Shown here: positions 40,022-49,444 of the stretch, piece by piece
Layout of the letters: each line of letters opens with the position of its first letter
Numbering within the stretch: the stretch's first letter is position 1
Assembly: GCA_963815895.1 (NCBI GenBank)
Contig: CAWFIP010000001.1
Span: 88,519-152,518, forward strand
DNA from: an uncultured Actinomycetes bacterium
Lineage (GTDB): Bacteria > Actinomycetota > Thermoleophilia > Gaiellales > Gaiellaceae
DNA: 64,000 nt
Direction: 5' to 3'
Notes under the pieces: model-generated
Seen by the model: only the letters and a program-made list of their open reading frames with translations
Databases searched by the model: none
Told to the model about the DNA's origin: nothing
Position numbers and translations under genes: made by a program

Positions 40022-41500
40022 TCACTCGAGCCTCAGGTACGGCTCGAGCCCGTGGCGGCCGCCCTCGCGCCCGAAGCCCGACTCCTTGTAGCCGCCAAAC
40101 GGCGAAGACGGGTCGAAGCGGTTGAACGTGTTCGCCCACACGACCCCCGCTCGCAGGCGCTCGACCATCCACAGGATCCGCGACCCCTTTTCGGTCCATA
40201 CGCCCGCCGACAGCCCGTACGGCGTGTTGTTCGCCTTCTCGACCGCCTCCTCGGGCGTCCGGAAGGTGAGCGTCGAGAGAACCGGCCCGAAGATCTCCTC
40301 CTGCGCGATGCGGTAGCTCTGCGCGACGTTCGTGAAGAGCGTCGGGCGGAACCAGTAGCCCCGCTCCGGCAGGCGGCACTCGGGCTGGAAGATCTCCGCG
40401 CCTTCCTCCTCCCCGCTCGCGACGAGCTCTGTGATGCGCTTCAGCTGCTCGCTCGAGTTGATGGCGCCGACGTCGGTGTTCTTGTCCAGCGGGTCGCCGA
40501 CCCGGAGCGTCGAGAGGCGGAGCTTCAGCTTGTCGATGAGCTGCTCGTAGATCGACTCCTGCACGAGCAGCCGCGACCCCGCACAGCAGACGTGGCCCTG
40601 GTTGAAGTAGATGCCGTTCACGATGCCCTCGACCGCCTGGTCGAGCGCCGCGTCGTCGAACACGATGTTCGCGGCCTTCCCGCCGAGCTCGAGCGTCAGC
40701 TTCACGCCGCGCCCGGCGAGCTCGCGCATGATCAGCTTCCCGACTTCCGTCGACCCGGTGAATGCGAGCTTGTCGATGCCCTCGTGCTTGACCAGGTGCG
40801 CGCCGGTCGTACCGTCGCCCGTGACGATGTTGACCACGCCCGGAGGCAGCTCCGCCTGGCGGCAGACGTCGGTGAAGAGGAGCGCGGTCAACGGCGTCGT
40901 CTCCGCGGGCTTCAGGACGACGGTGTTGCCGCATGCGAGCGCGGGCGCGATCTTCCACGAGAGCATGAGCAGCGGGAAGTTCCATGGGATGATCTGCGCC
41001 GCGACGCCCAGCGGCGTCGGCTTCCGGTTCGGGAACGCGTACTCGAGCTTGTCCGCCCAGCCGGCGTAGTAGAAGAAGTGCGCGGCCGCAAGCGGGAGAT
41101 CGACGTCGCGCGACTCCTTGATCGGCTTCCCGCCGTCGAGCGACTCCGCGACCGCGAACTCGCGCGAGCGCTCCTGGAGGATCCGCGCGATGCGGTAGAG
41201 GTACTTCGCGCGCTCGGATGGTGCGAGCTTCGCCCAGCCGTCCTCGTAGGCGTCGCGCGCGGTCGAGACCGCAAGATCGACGTCCTCCGCGCCGGCGAGC
41301 GCGAACTCGTAGAGCGACTCCTCGGTCGAGGGCGACACCGACTCGAGCGTCTTGCCGGACCTCGGCTCGACCTCCTCACCGCCGATGAAGAGCCCGTAGC
41401 GCGGCTTGATCTCGACGATGTCGCGCGCCTCCGGAGCCGGCGCGTATTCCCACTCCATGGGAGCCGGGACGGCGGCGGAGCGCTTTTCGACCTGCGCCAT
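40022..41500 (-). CDS. NAD(P)-dependent aldehyde dehydrogenase
   Basis: IIPWNFPLLMLSWKIAPALACGNTVVLKPAE, LELGGKAANIVF, YFNQGHVCCAGSRL (catalytic Cys), EEIFGPV. ATG 41500 shares one nt with the deoC stop (TGATG). Confidence 0.9.
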   Translation of the reverse strand: MAQVEKRSAAVPAPMEWEYAPAPEARDIVEIKPRYGLFIGGEEVEPRSGKTLESVSPSTEESLYEFALAGAEDVDLAVSTARDAYEDGWAKLAPSERAKYLYRIARILQERSREFAVAESLDGGKPIKESRDVDLPLAAAHFFYYAGWADKLEYAFPNRKPTPLGVAAQIIPWNFPLLMLSWKIAPALACGNTVVLKPAETTPLTALLFTDVCRQAELPPGVVNIVTGDGTTGAHLVKHEGIDKLAFTGSTEVGKLIMRELAGRGVKLTLELGGKAANIVFDDAALDQAVEGIVNGIYFNQGHVCCAGSRLLVQESIYEQLIDKLKLRLSTLRVGDPLDKNTDVGAINSSEQLKRITELVASGEEEGAEIFQPECRLPERGYWFRPTLFTNVAQSYRIAQEEIFGPVLSTLTFRTPEEAVEKANNTPYGLSAGVWTEKGSRILWMVERLRAGVVWANTFNRFDPSSPFGGYKESGFGREGGRHGLEPYLRLE

Positions 41501-42438
41501 CAGTCGATCGTGAAGTAGTCGCCGGACTGATAGCGCCCCGTGCGCTCCTTGCGGATCTGCATGAGCACGTCGTTCAGGAGCGTGGATGCGCCGAAGCGGA
41601 ACAGGTCGGGTGTCATCCACTGCACACCGAGCGTCTCGTAGAGGACGACGAGGTACTGCACGGCCTGCTTCGACTGCCTGATCCCGCCGGCCGGCTTGAT
41701 GCCCACGATGCGGCCCGTCTCGGCGTGCACGTCGCGGACGGCCTCCATCATGCAGAGCGTCACCGGGAGCGTCGCCGCCGGGCTGACCTTTCCGGTCGAG
41801 GTCTTGATGAAGTCCGCCCCGGCCGCGATCGCGAGGAGCGACGCGCGACGCACGTTGTCGTAGGTGCCGAGCTCGCCCGTCTCGAGGATCACCTTGAGGT
41901 GGACGTCGCCACACGCCTCCTTCACCCTCACGATCTCGTCGTAGACCTTCGCGTAGCGGCCCGAGAGGAACGCTCCGCGATCGATGACCATGTCCACCTC
42001 GTCGGCCCCGAGCTCCACGACGGCACGCGTCTCCGCGACCTTGATGTCAGTCGGAGACTGGCCCGAGGGGAACGCGGTCGCGACGGAGGCGACCTTCACG
42101 CCGCTCCCGCCCAGCCGCTCCTTCGCCGTCGCGACGAGGTTCGGGTAGACGCACACCGCCGCGACCGAAGGCACGCTCAGGTCGACCGGATCGGGACGGA
42201 TCGCCTTCGAGCAGAGCGCCGCGACCTTTCCGGGCGTGTCCTGCCCTTCGAGCGTCGTCAAGTCCATCATCCGCACGGCGAGGTCGAGCGCCTGGAGCTT
42301 CGACTCCCGCTTGATCGAGCGTTTCGCGAGCGAGGCGGCGCGCTCCTCGAGCGCGACCGCGTCGATCGACCCGATGCGCGGCAGGCGCGGCTCGAGGGGG
42401 AGCTCGAACCCGCCTACGAGTGCAGGCGCCTTGGCCAC
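41500..42438 (-). CDS. deoC: Deoxyribose-phosphate aldolase (long actinobacterial form)
   Basis: MDLTTLEG, VAAVCVYP, DEVDMVI, GADFIKTSTGK (Schiff-base Lys), GIKPAGGIR. Confidence 0.9.
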   Translation of the reverse strand: MAKAPALVGGFELPLEPRLPRIGSIDAVALEERAASLAKRSIKRESKLQALDLAVRMMDLTTLEGQDTPGKVAALCSKAIRPDPVDLSVPSVAAVCVYPNLVATAKERLGGSGVKVASVATAFPSGQSPTDIKVAETRAVVELGADEVDMVIDRGAFLSGRYAKVYDEIVRVKEACGDVHLKVILETGELGTYDNVRRASLLAIAAGADFIKTSTGKVSPAATLPVTLCMMEAVRDVHAETGRIVGIKPAGGIRQSKQAVQYLVVLYETLGVQWMTPDLFRFGASTLLNDVLMQIRKERTGRYQSGDYFTID

Positions 42439-42514
42439 CGTGCGAGTGTAGCCCTGTCGTCCCGTCCGCCGACCTCGCGCTATCCGACGTCGGCGTCGAC
42501 GCGGATCGCCGAAC

Positions 42515-42874
42515 TCAGTTGGACCGGCGCGCGTTCTCGATCACGGTCGCGACATCTTCGGGAGCCGGAACCTCGATCGCCACGACGTCGTAGGGCGCGC
42601 CGCGGGAGCGGTCGCCGTCGAGGACGAGGACGGGGTCGCGCCGCCCGAAGCTCACGAACTCCCGGCGTCCGTCCTTGCGGAAGCGGCCGGCACGGACCTC
42701 CGTGAACGGAACCGACGTGCCTCCGACACGCCAGCCTTCCCCGTCGAACCGGCCGACACGCACGGACACGATCGCGTCGAGCGGGATCCGGAGCTCACGC
42801 TTGAGCGCCCAGACTGCGTCCCAGCCGCCGAGGCGCACGACGACGTCCGGCCCCTCGACGACGACGTCTCGCAA
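42515..42874 (-). CDS. Hypothetical 119-aa protein (possible bacterial PH-like fold)
   Basis: The ORF sits immediately downstream of era (3-nt gap). I recognise no motifs. Confidence 0.5.
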   Translation of the reverse strand: MRDVVVEGPDVVVRLGGWDAVWALKRELRIPLDAIVSVRVGRFDGEGWRVGGTSVPFTEVRAGRFRKDGRREFVSFGRRDPVLVLDGDRSRGAPYDVVAIEVPAPEDVATVIENARRSN

Positions 42875-42877
42875 TGC

Positions 42878-43738
42878 CTACAAGCCCAGCCGCTCGAGGA
42901 GCTTCGGATCACGCCGCCACTTCGGCCGCACCTTCACCTGCAGCTCGAGGTAGACAGGATGTCCGACGAGTGCCTCGACCTCGGGCCTCGCACGCGTGCC
43001 GATCTCGCGGATCATCGCGCCCTTCTTCCCGACGAGGATTCCCTTCTGCGACTCCGTCTCGACGTAGACGAACGCGCGCACGACCTTCTCCGCGATCTCG
43101 TCCACCTCCACGTAGACGGCGTGCGGCACCTCCTCACGCGTCAGCTGGAGGGCCTTCTCGCGGATCACCTCGGCTACGCGCTCCTCCACCGTGAGATCCG
43201 TCCGCTGCTCGAGCGGGAAGAGCTGAGGACCCTCCGGCATGAGCGAGACGAGGTCGTCGCGGAGCTCGCCGATCCCGTCCTTCGTCTTCGCGCTCACCGG
43301 GTGCAGCGCATGGAAGTCGCCCAGCCGTGCGGCCGCCTGCATCTGCGACGCGACATGCCCCGGCTTGAGCCGGTCGACCTTGTTCACGACGATGATCACC
43401 GGCTTCCCGAGCGCGAAGACGCGGCTCGCGACGAACCGGTCGCCGGACCCGATGTGCGCGCGTGCGTCGACGACGAGGAGGACGGCGTCGACGTCCTCGA
43501 AGGACGAGTCGACGGTCGCCTGCATCCGCTCCGTCAGGGCGTCGAGCGGGCGTTGGAAGCCCGGCATATCGACGAGCGCGAGCTGGTAGTCCGGGCCGTT
43601 CGCGACGCCGAACACGCGGCGCCGCGTCGTGTTCGGCACGCTCGACGTGATCGCGACCTTCTCGCCCGCGAGCGAGTTGACGAGGGTGGACTTGCCGACG
43701 TTCGGACGGCCGGCGACTGCGACGACGCCGCTCTTCAC
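42878..43738 (-). CDS. era: GTPase Era
   Basis: GTG 43738: VKSGVVAVAGRPNVGKSTLVN (G1), DMPG (G3), NKVD (G4), KH-domain tail ESQKGILVGKKGAMIREIG. Confidence 0.92.
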   Translation of the reverse strand: MKSGVVAVAGRPNVGKSTLVNSLAGEKVAITSSVPNTTRRRVFGVANGPDYQLALVDMPGFQRPLDALTERMQATVDSSFEDVDAVLLVVDARAHIGSGDRFVASRVFALGKPVIIVVNKVDRLKPGHVASQMQAAARLGDFHALHPVSAKTKDGIGELRDDLVSLMPEGPQLFPLEQRTDLTVEERVAEVIREKALQLTREEVPHAVYVEVDEIAEKVVRAFVYVETESQKGILVGKKGAMIREIGTRARPEVEALVGHPVYLELQVKVRPKWRRDPKLLERLGL

Positions 43739-43740
43739 CT

Positions 43741-44127
43741 CTAGCCCTTCGGCAGCTCGAACGACTCGGGCAGGAGCTCGTCGGGCGTCAGGACGACGAC
43801 GCGGCCGCCGTTCCGGAACACCACCCGACCGACGCCCATCTCGAGCAGCCACTGCCTGCAGCCGCCACACGGCGACGCCGTGATCGCCGCGGCGACGAAG
43901 TCGCCTGGCCTGTAGCCCATCGCGATCGCGCGCGCGAACGCGGTTCGCTCCGCGCAGATGCCGAGCGGGTATGCAGCGTTCTCGACGTTCACGCCCTCGA
44001 CGACCTTCCCGTCGCCGGTGAGGACCGCGCACCCGACGTCGAACGAGGAGTACGGGGCATACGCACGCTCGGCCACTGCATCCGCGGCGGCGAGCAGCTC
44101 CGCGTCCGTGAGCGGTTCGCCGCTCAT
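43741..44127 (-). CDS. cdd: Cytidine deaminase
   Basis: CAERTAF (zinc/catalytic Glu), SPCGGCRQWL. ATGA overlap with the dgkA stop. Confidence 0.9.
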   Translation of the reverse strand: MSGEPLTDAELLAAADAVAERAYAPYSSFDVGCAVLTGDGKVVEGVNVENAAYPLGICAERTAFARAIAMGYRPGDFVAAAITASPCGGCRQWLLEMGVGRVVFRNGGRVVVLTPDELLPESFELPKG

Positions 44128-44846
44128 CCGAACGCCTGGAACAGCGCCAGGGTGATGAGCGCTCCGAGGGCGCCGCCGGTCGCGACCTCGGACGCCGAGT
44201 GGACCCCGCTCTCGACACGGGTCTGGGCAACGAGGAGGGCCATGATGAAGGTCAAAGTCGAGACGAGGAAGTGGTGGGACGAGTCGTCGAGCACGAGCGT
44301 AACGGCCATCCACCCCGCGAACGCGACCGCGGCATGCCCTGAAGGAAGGCCGCCCCGGAGCGGCGTCCCCCGGCCCGTGACCGCCTTGACGGCGATCACG
44401 ACGATGATCGTCACCGCGAGAGCGACGAGCGTCAGCTCCTCGGGGACGTCGGCGAGGCGGTCGAGGAACTTCGAGCTGCGGTCGGCGACCGCCCCGGAGA
44501 ACACGAGATACCCGACGGCGACGGCGTTCAGCGCCGCAATGAGCACGGCGCCCGCCGCGATGTCCTTCGCGAGCTTTGCCATCGGATCGAACGAGGTCGA
44601 GGCCACGTCGACCGCGGCCTCGATCGCGGTGTTCACGAGCTCCGCGACGAGGACGAACGTGATCGCGAGCAGCAGGAGCATCAGCTCGATCCTCGAGACG
44701 CCGAACGCGAGCGCCGCGACGAGGACGCCGGCCGCGATCGTGAAGTGGATCCAGAGGTTCCGCTGCGTGCGAAGCGCGTGGATCACGCCCTCGGCCGCGT
44801 AGTTGAAGCTGTCGAGGATCGACGGGCTGCGCTGGCGCGAGCTCAC
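44124..44846 (-). CDS. dgkA: Diacylglycerol/undecaprenol kinase (DgkA) fused to a PAP2-type phosphatase domain
   Basis: DgkA half: FNYAAEGVIHALRTQRNLWIHF...LVAELVNTAIEAAVD...AKDIAAGAVL. PAP2 half: LPSGHAAVAF and TRVESGVHSASEV (PSGH and SRxxxxxHxxxD-like motifs). Confidence 0.75.
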   Translation of the reverse strand: MSSRQRSPSILDSFNYAAEGVIHALRTQRNLWIHFTIAAGVLVAALAFGVSRIELMLLLLAITFVLVAELVNTAIEAAVDVASTSFDPMAKLAKDIAAGAVLIAALNAVAVGYLVFSGAVADRSSKFLDRLADVPEELTLVALAVTIIVVIAVKAVTGRGTPLRGGLPSGHAAVAFAGWMAVTLVLDDSSHHFLVSTLTFIMALLVAQTRVESGVHSASEVATGGALGALITLALFQAFG

Positions 44847-45232
44847 TGCACACGCTCCTCGGCGTGCCGCTGCTCCCTAGCCTCCATCTCGGCCCCGTGG
44901 TCGTAGCCGAGCAGGTGCAGGAGGCCGTGCACGAGCGGCGGCCGCCAGTTCTCGCCCGTCACCTGCGGGCAGAGCACGACGTCGCCGAGCGCCCGCGGCT
45001 CGCCCGCGGGCAGCTCGTCGAGCCCGTCCAGCGGGAACGAGAGCCCGTCCGTCTCCTCGTCGATGCCCAGGTGCTCGCCCTTCAGCTCGCGGATCTCGTC
45101 CGGCCCGACGAACGTGATCCCGAGCTCGCCGTCGTGGACGCCCTCCGCCTCGAGCACGCGGCGCGCGAACTGGACGGCCGCGCCCTCGTCGACCTCCGCG
45201 CCGCTGCGATTCGTCGTCTCGACCGAGATCAC
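44843..45232 (-). CDS. ybeY: rRNA maturation endoribonuclease YbeY
   Basis: LVHGLLHLLGYDH zinc-binding motif. ATGA overlap with the dgkA start. Confidence 0.9.
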   Translation of the reverse strand: MISVETTNRSGAEVDEGAAVQFARRVLEAEGVHDGELGITFVGPDEIRELKGEHLGIDEETDGLSFPLDGLDELPAGEPRALGDVVLCPQVTGENWRPPLVHGLLHLLGYDHGAEMEAREQRHAEERVQ

Positions 45233-45235
45233 GGC

Positions 45236-46198
45236 TCAGCGCCGGCGCGCGGTGCCGGTCTCCTCGGCGTGGCGCTTGTACGCCTCGACGATCCGCTGCA
45301 CGAGCTTGTGCCGGACGACGTCCTCGTGCCCGAACTCGACGAAGGAGATGCCCTCGATACCCGCGAGGATCTCGCGCACCTGGATGAGCCCTGACGCCTG
45401 GTCGCGCGGGAGGTCGACCTGCGTGATGTCGCCGGTCACCACCATCCTCGACCCGAAGCCGAGGCGAGTGAGGAACATCTGCATCTGCTCCGGCGTCGTG
45501 TTCTGCGCCTCGTCGAGGACGATGAAGGAGTCGTTCAGCGTCCTCCCACGCATGAACGCGAGCGGGGCGACCTCGATCGTCCCGCGCTCCATGTAGCCCG
45601 CGAGGCGCTCCGGGTCGAGCATGTCGTAGAGCGCGTCGTAGAGCGGCCGCAGGTACGGGTCGACCTTTGCGAGCATGTCTCCCGGGAGGAACCCCAGCCG
45701 CTCGCCAGCCTCGACCGCGGGGCGCGTGAGGATGATGCGGCCGACCTCGCCTTCCGAGAGCGCCGCGACCGCAAGCGCCATGGCGAGGTACGTCTTGCCG
45801 GTGCCGGCCGGGCCGACCGAGAACGTCACCGTCCCCCCGCGGATCGCGTCGACGTAGCGCTTCTGGTTGACGGTCTTCGGCGTGATCTTCTTCCCGCGGT
45901 GCCGCCAGACGACGTCCTCGAAGACGTCGCGAACGTCCTCGGCCTGGTCGAGCGCCGTCAGCACCGCGCCGACCGTGTCGGGGCCGACCTGGTGCCCCCC
46001 TTCGACGAGCTCGACCAGCTCGTCCACGACCGCCCGCGCGGCCGCGACGTGCTCGCCGTCGCCCGCGAGCGTCAGCCTGTTCCCGCGCAGCGAGATCGAG
46101 CACTGGAGCCGCTCGCGGAGCGCGTCGAGGACGCCGTCCTCCACGCCCGCGAGCTCCGCAGCCACCTCGTTCGATACGTCCAGAACCTCTTGAGGCAC
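45236..46198 (-). CDS. phoH: PhoH-like ATPase
   Basis: GPAGTGKTYLAMA (Walker A), FIVLDEAQN (Walker B), VTGDITQVDLP. Confidence 0.92.
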   Translation of the reverse strand: MPQEVLDVSNEVAAELAGVEDGVLDALRERLQCSISLRGNRLTLAGDGEHVAAARAVVDELVELVEGGHQVGPDTVGAVLTALDQAEDVRDVFEDVVWRHRGKKITPKTVNQKRYVDAIRGGTVTFSVGPAGTGKTYLAMALAVAALSEGEVGRIILTRPAVEAGERLGFLPGDMLAKVDPYLRPLYDALYDMLDPERLAGYMERGTIEVAPLAFMRGRTLNDSFIVLDEAQNTTPEQMQMFLTRLGFGSRMVVTGDITQVDLPRDQASGLIQVREILAGIEGISFVEFGHEDVVRHKLVQRIVEAYKRHAEETGTARRR

Positions 46199-46208
46199 CG
46201 GGGTCAGT

Positions 46209-46568
46209 CTAGGCGGGCCAGCTGTTGCGCACCCGCGTCGCGGCGGCTATGAGCAAGGCCACCACTCCTGCGAGGAGGAAGGCCGCAGCGAGCGCGGCGC
46301 TTGCACGGCCTTTGCCGTGCGAGTCCGGGTCGTCTGAACTTGTGCTCTCACTCGCATGTACCGGATCCAGAGAGCGAATCGAGCTCTGGTCCACGGCACC
46401 CTCCCGCGCATCGAACGAGATGGGTCGCTGCCGATCGAGGTCGACCGAGGCGGTGATCGTGGCCGTGTTCTGTACCCGAACGTCGGCCGATGCCGTGGCC
46501 GCGCCGGACGCCCAGGCTGCGAGAACAGCAGTCAGCAGGAGGACCCGCACAAGAGGCAGTCGCCGCAT
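46209..46568 (-). CDS. Hypothetical secreted protein with a C-terminal TM anchor (119 aa)
   Basis: Signal peptide: MRRLPLVRVLLLTAVLAAWASGAATASA. C-terminal sequence: AALAAAFLLAGVVALLIAAATRVR. Confidence 0.5.
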   Translation of the reverse strand: MRRLPLVRVLLLTAVLAAWASGAATASADVRVQNTATITASVDLDRQRPISFDAREGAVDQSSIRSLDPVHASESTSSDDPDSHGKGRASAALAAAFLLAGVVALLIAAATRVRNSWPA

Positions 46569-46624
46569 GCCTCGGATATCGGCCGCACCGCGACATTCCA
46601 CGAGTGCTTCGGCGACCGCTCGCT

Positions 46625-47068
46625 CTAGGCCAGCTTCTCCTTCACGAGCTGATTCACGGTCGAGCCGTCCGCGCGGCCGGAGACCTGGTGCATGACTCCC
46701 GCCATCACGCGCCCCAGGTCGCGGATGCTCGTCGCTCCGACCTCGGAGATGACGTCGTCGATGATCTCCTCGATCTCCTCCTCGGAGAGCTGCTCGGGCA
46801 TGTAGTCCTCGAGGACCTCGAGCTCGAAGTCCTCGTCGTCTGCCTGCTCCTCCCGGCCCGCCGCGCGGAATGCCTCCGCTGCTTCGACTCGACGCTTCCG
46901 CTCGCGCTGAAGCACCTGCAGCTCTTCCTCCTCGGACAGCGGGCGCTGGAGCTCCTTCTCCGCCGCCTTGAGCGAGCTGAGTAGCAGGCTGAGCGCGTCG
47001 CGCAGGTCGTTGTCCCGCGCGAGGCGGGCGGCCTTGAGGTCGGACTCGATGCGCGCGATGAGGCTCAT
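46625..47068 (-). CDS. yqeY: GatB/YqeY domain-containing protein
   Basis: MSLIARIESDLKAARLARDNDLRDALSLLLSSLK...EIIDDVISEVGATSIRDLGRVMAGVM. ATGA overlap with the HIT gene stop. Confidence 0.85.
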   Translation of the reverse strand: MSLIARIESDLKAARLARDNDLRDALSLLLSSLKAAEKELQRPLSEEEELQVLQRERKRRVEAAEAFRAAGREEQADDEDFELEVLEDYMPEQLSEEEIEEIIDDVISEVGATSIRDLGRVMAGVMHQVSGRADGSTVNQLVKEKLA

Positions 47069-47457
47069 GGTGGCCCCGCATCGTCGCCGGTGGAGGTTGC
47101 CGGCGCAAGCGCGCTCACGATCTGGCCCGCGTCCATTCGCCCGCCGAGTACGTGCCAGTGGAGGTGGAAGACCGTCTGGCCGGCCCTTGCACCGACGTTC
47201 ACGAGCACGCGGTAGTCCTCGAGCCCTGCCTTCTTCGCCGTCTCCGCGACGAAGCGGAGCATGCGTCCCGCCTCCTCGTCCGGGAACTCCGCGACGTCCC
47301 TGAACGTGTCCACGTGACGCTCCGGAAGCACGAGCAGGTGCGTCTCCGCGACCGGCTTGATGTCGCGGATCGCGACGAAGCCGTCCGCGGCGTGTACGTG
47401 GTCGCCCTCCGCGACGAGGCGGCAGAAGAGACACGACTCCTCACGCTGCGACGGCAA
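47065..47457 (-). CDS. HIT family (histidine triad) protein
   Basis: CLFCRLV ... HLLVLPERH ... GQTVFHLHWHVLGG. Start proposed at TTG 47457, after GGAGGAGGGG. Confidence 0.85.
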   Translation of the reverse strand: MPSQREESCLFCRLVAEGDHVHAADGFVAIRDIKPVAETHLLVLPERHVDTFRDVAEFPDEEAGRMLRFVAETAKKAGLEDYRVLVNVGARAGQTVFHLHWHVLGGRMDAGQIVSALAPATSTGDDAGPP

Positions 47458-48634
47458 GGATCCCCTCCTCCGACAGCCCGACGGCACGGGCACGGACGAG
47501 CTCGCCGACGGGCGCCTCGACGAGCCACGGTGTGTAGTCGTCGCCGTAGCCGCGCCCGGGCCGGTCGACGAGCACCCGGTCGGTCGTCCCGAGCTTCGAC
47601 TCCCAGCGCCGGCGGCACAGCTCGTCGGACAGCCCGCGCAGCCTCGCACCGCGCTCCTTCTTCACCTCGGGTGGAACCGTGTCCGCGGCCGCGGTCACGG
47701 TGCCGGGCCTGGGCGAGTACGGAAAGACGTGGACCTTCGTGATGCCCGCGGCACGAACGACGTCGAGCGTCCGCTCGAACGCGTCGTCGTCCTCGCCCGG
47801 AAAGCCGACGATGACGTCGGTCGTGAGGTTGTAACCGGAGAGCGGCTCGACGCGGGCGAGGTACTGCTCCGCGCTGTAGCGGCGCTGCATCGCGCGGAGG
47901 ATCCGGTCGTCGCCGGACTGGAGGGGGACGTGGACGTGGCTGGACACCACCTCCGTGCTCTCGAGCGCGTCGACCAGGTCGGACGTCACGTGATTGACCT
48001 CAATGGACGAGAGGCGAAGCCGGTCGACTCCCGGTAACGAGCCCGCCTCACGCACGAGCTGCGGAAGGCCGTACCCGGCATCCCGATCGCGGAAGCAGCC
48101 GAGGTTGACACCCGTGAGCACGATCTCGCGGTGTCCCTGGGACACGCGGCGCCGGATCTCGGCGAGCACGTGCTCTGCACGCCGGCTCCGCGTGCCGCCG
48201 CGGACGAGCGGGATCACGCAAAACGCGCACGAGAACGAGCAGCCGTCCTGGATCTTCACGAACGCCCGCGTGCGCTCGAGCCGGGGCTCGCTCTGGACGC
48301 AGCCGACCGCGCCGACGTCGCCGGCGACCGTCGCGGCTGCCTCCTCCCCGGTCCGTGCGACGACGTGCACGTTCTCGGGCAACCCCGCGAAAGCATCCGC
48401 GAGGTTCGCCGCGCAACCGGTGACGTACACCCGGTCATGGGTGCGCGCAGCCCGTGCCACAGCCTGCCGCGACTTGGACACCGCCTCGTGCGTCACGCAG
48501 CACGAGTTCACGACCGCGACGTCCGCCGCACCGTCCCGCTCAGCGTGCCCGTCTGCGAGCAGCCGCTCACGAGCCAGCTGCGCATCCGCGAAGGACACCT
48601 TGCAGCCGAGGAAGCGCACGGAGAAGGACGCCAT
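47441..48634 (-). CDS. mtaB: MiaB-like radical-SAM tRNA methylthiotransferase (MtaB type)
   Basis: ATG 48634: MASFSVRFLGCKVSFAD...VVNSCCVT (N-terminal cluster), IQDGCSFSCAFCVIP (CxxxCxxC), C-terminal TRAM-like region. Confidence 0.8.
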   Translation of the reverse strand: MASFSVRFLGCKVSFADAQLARERLLADGHAERDGAADVAVVNSCCVTHEAVSKSRQAVARAARTHDRVYVTGCAANLADAFAGLPENVHVVARTGEEAAATVAGDVGAVGCVQSEPRLERTRAFVKIQDGCSFSCAFCVIPLVRGGTRSRRAEHVLAEIRRRVSQGHREIVLTGVNLGCFRDRDAGYGLPQLVREAGSLPGVDRLRLSSIEVNHVTSDLVDALESTEVVSSHVHVPLQSGDDRILRAMQRRYSAEQYLARVEPLSGYNLTTDVIVGFPGEDDDAFERTLDVVRAAGITKVHVFPYSPRPGTVTAAADTVPPEVKKERGARLRGLSDELCRRRWESKLGTTDRVLVDRPGRGYGDDYTPWLVEAPVGELVRARAVGLSEEGILAVAA

Positions 48635-48686
48635 CGGAGCCGAGAAGCTTAGAGCCAGCGCGGACGGCGCGACCCGAGCCGCCTCA

Positions 48687-49376
48687 TCAGGCTGCCCGGA
48701 AGACGTGCGCAGCCCAACCTTCGAGCTCGATCGACTCGACGGCGATCCAGCCCGGCGCGCGCGGGAGCTCACCCGCGAGGTATCCCGACGTGATCGCATG
48801 AGCCGCGGGACGCCGGAAGAGCAGCGACTCGACGATCCCGAGCTCGATGTTCGCGACGACGAGATCTGCGCTCGGTAGCGGGTCGGCGAGCGCATCGAGC
48901 AGCTGGGCGTCGATCCTGACGCCGTTTCGGGCCGCGTTCTCCTTCGTCACCTCGACCGCCACCGGGTCTGAGTCCACGGCGATGACGGGCTCGAAGCCGA
49001 GCAGCGCCGCCGCGATCGAGATGACACCCGAACCGCAGCCCGCGTCGAGGAGGCTCGACGGCGCCCGGGGCGTGAGGAGCTCGAGACACGCTCGGGTCGT
49101 TGGGTGCGCACCGGTGCCGAAAGCACGGCCCGGGTCTATGACGACGGAGGGCTCACCCGCGGGCGGCAGGTCCCATGGCGGGCCGACCCAGAGACCGCCG
49201 GCGCGCACCGCATGGTGGAACTCGCGCCAGCGCTCCTCCCAGCCTGGCTCGACCGGCGTGGAGATCGAACCCGGGAACGCATTCCGGATCGCCGACGCCC
49301 CCACGTCGTCCGTGTATGCGACAAGCTCGACGGTGCCGGGTCGCTCGAGTTCCTCGAAGCCGGCGGGCGCGAGCAC
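48687..49376 (-). CDS. prmA: Ribosomal protein L11 methyltransferase; true start probably upstream of 49376
   Basis: IDPGRAFGTGAHPTTRACLELL, LLDAGCGSGVISIAAALLG, VVANI. The same frame stays open upstream (PVAKLLRVSLHVATEDAESARARLL) but contains no ATG, GTG or TTG. Confidence 0.8.
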   Translation of the reverse strand: MLAPAGFEELERPGTVELVAYTDDVGASAIRNAFPGSISTPVEPGWEERWREFHHAVRAGGLWVGPPWDLPPAGEPSVVIDPGRAFGTGAHPTTRACLELLTPRAPSSLLDAGCGSGVISIAAALLGFEPVIAVDSDPVAVEVTKENAARNGVRIDAQLLDALADPLPSADLVVANIELGIVESLLFRRPAAHAITSGYLAGELPRAPGWIAVESIELEGWAAHVFRAA

Positions 49377-49444
49377 GAGCAGCCTGGCGCGAGCGCTCTC
49401 CGCGTCCTCCGTTGCGACGTGCAGCGAGACGCGAAGGAGCTTCG

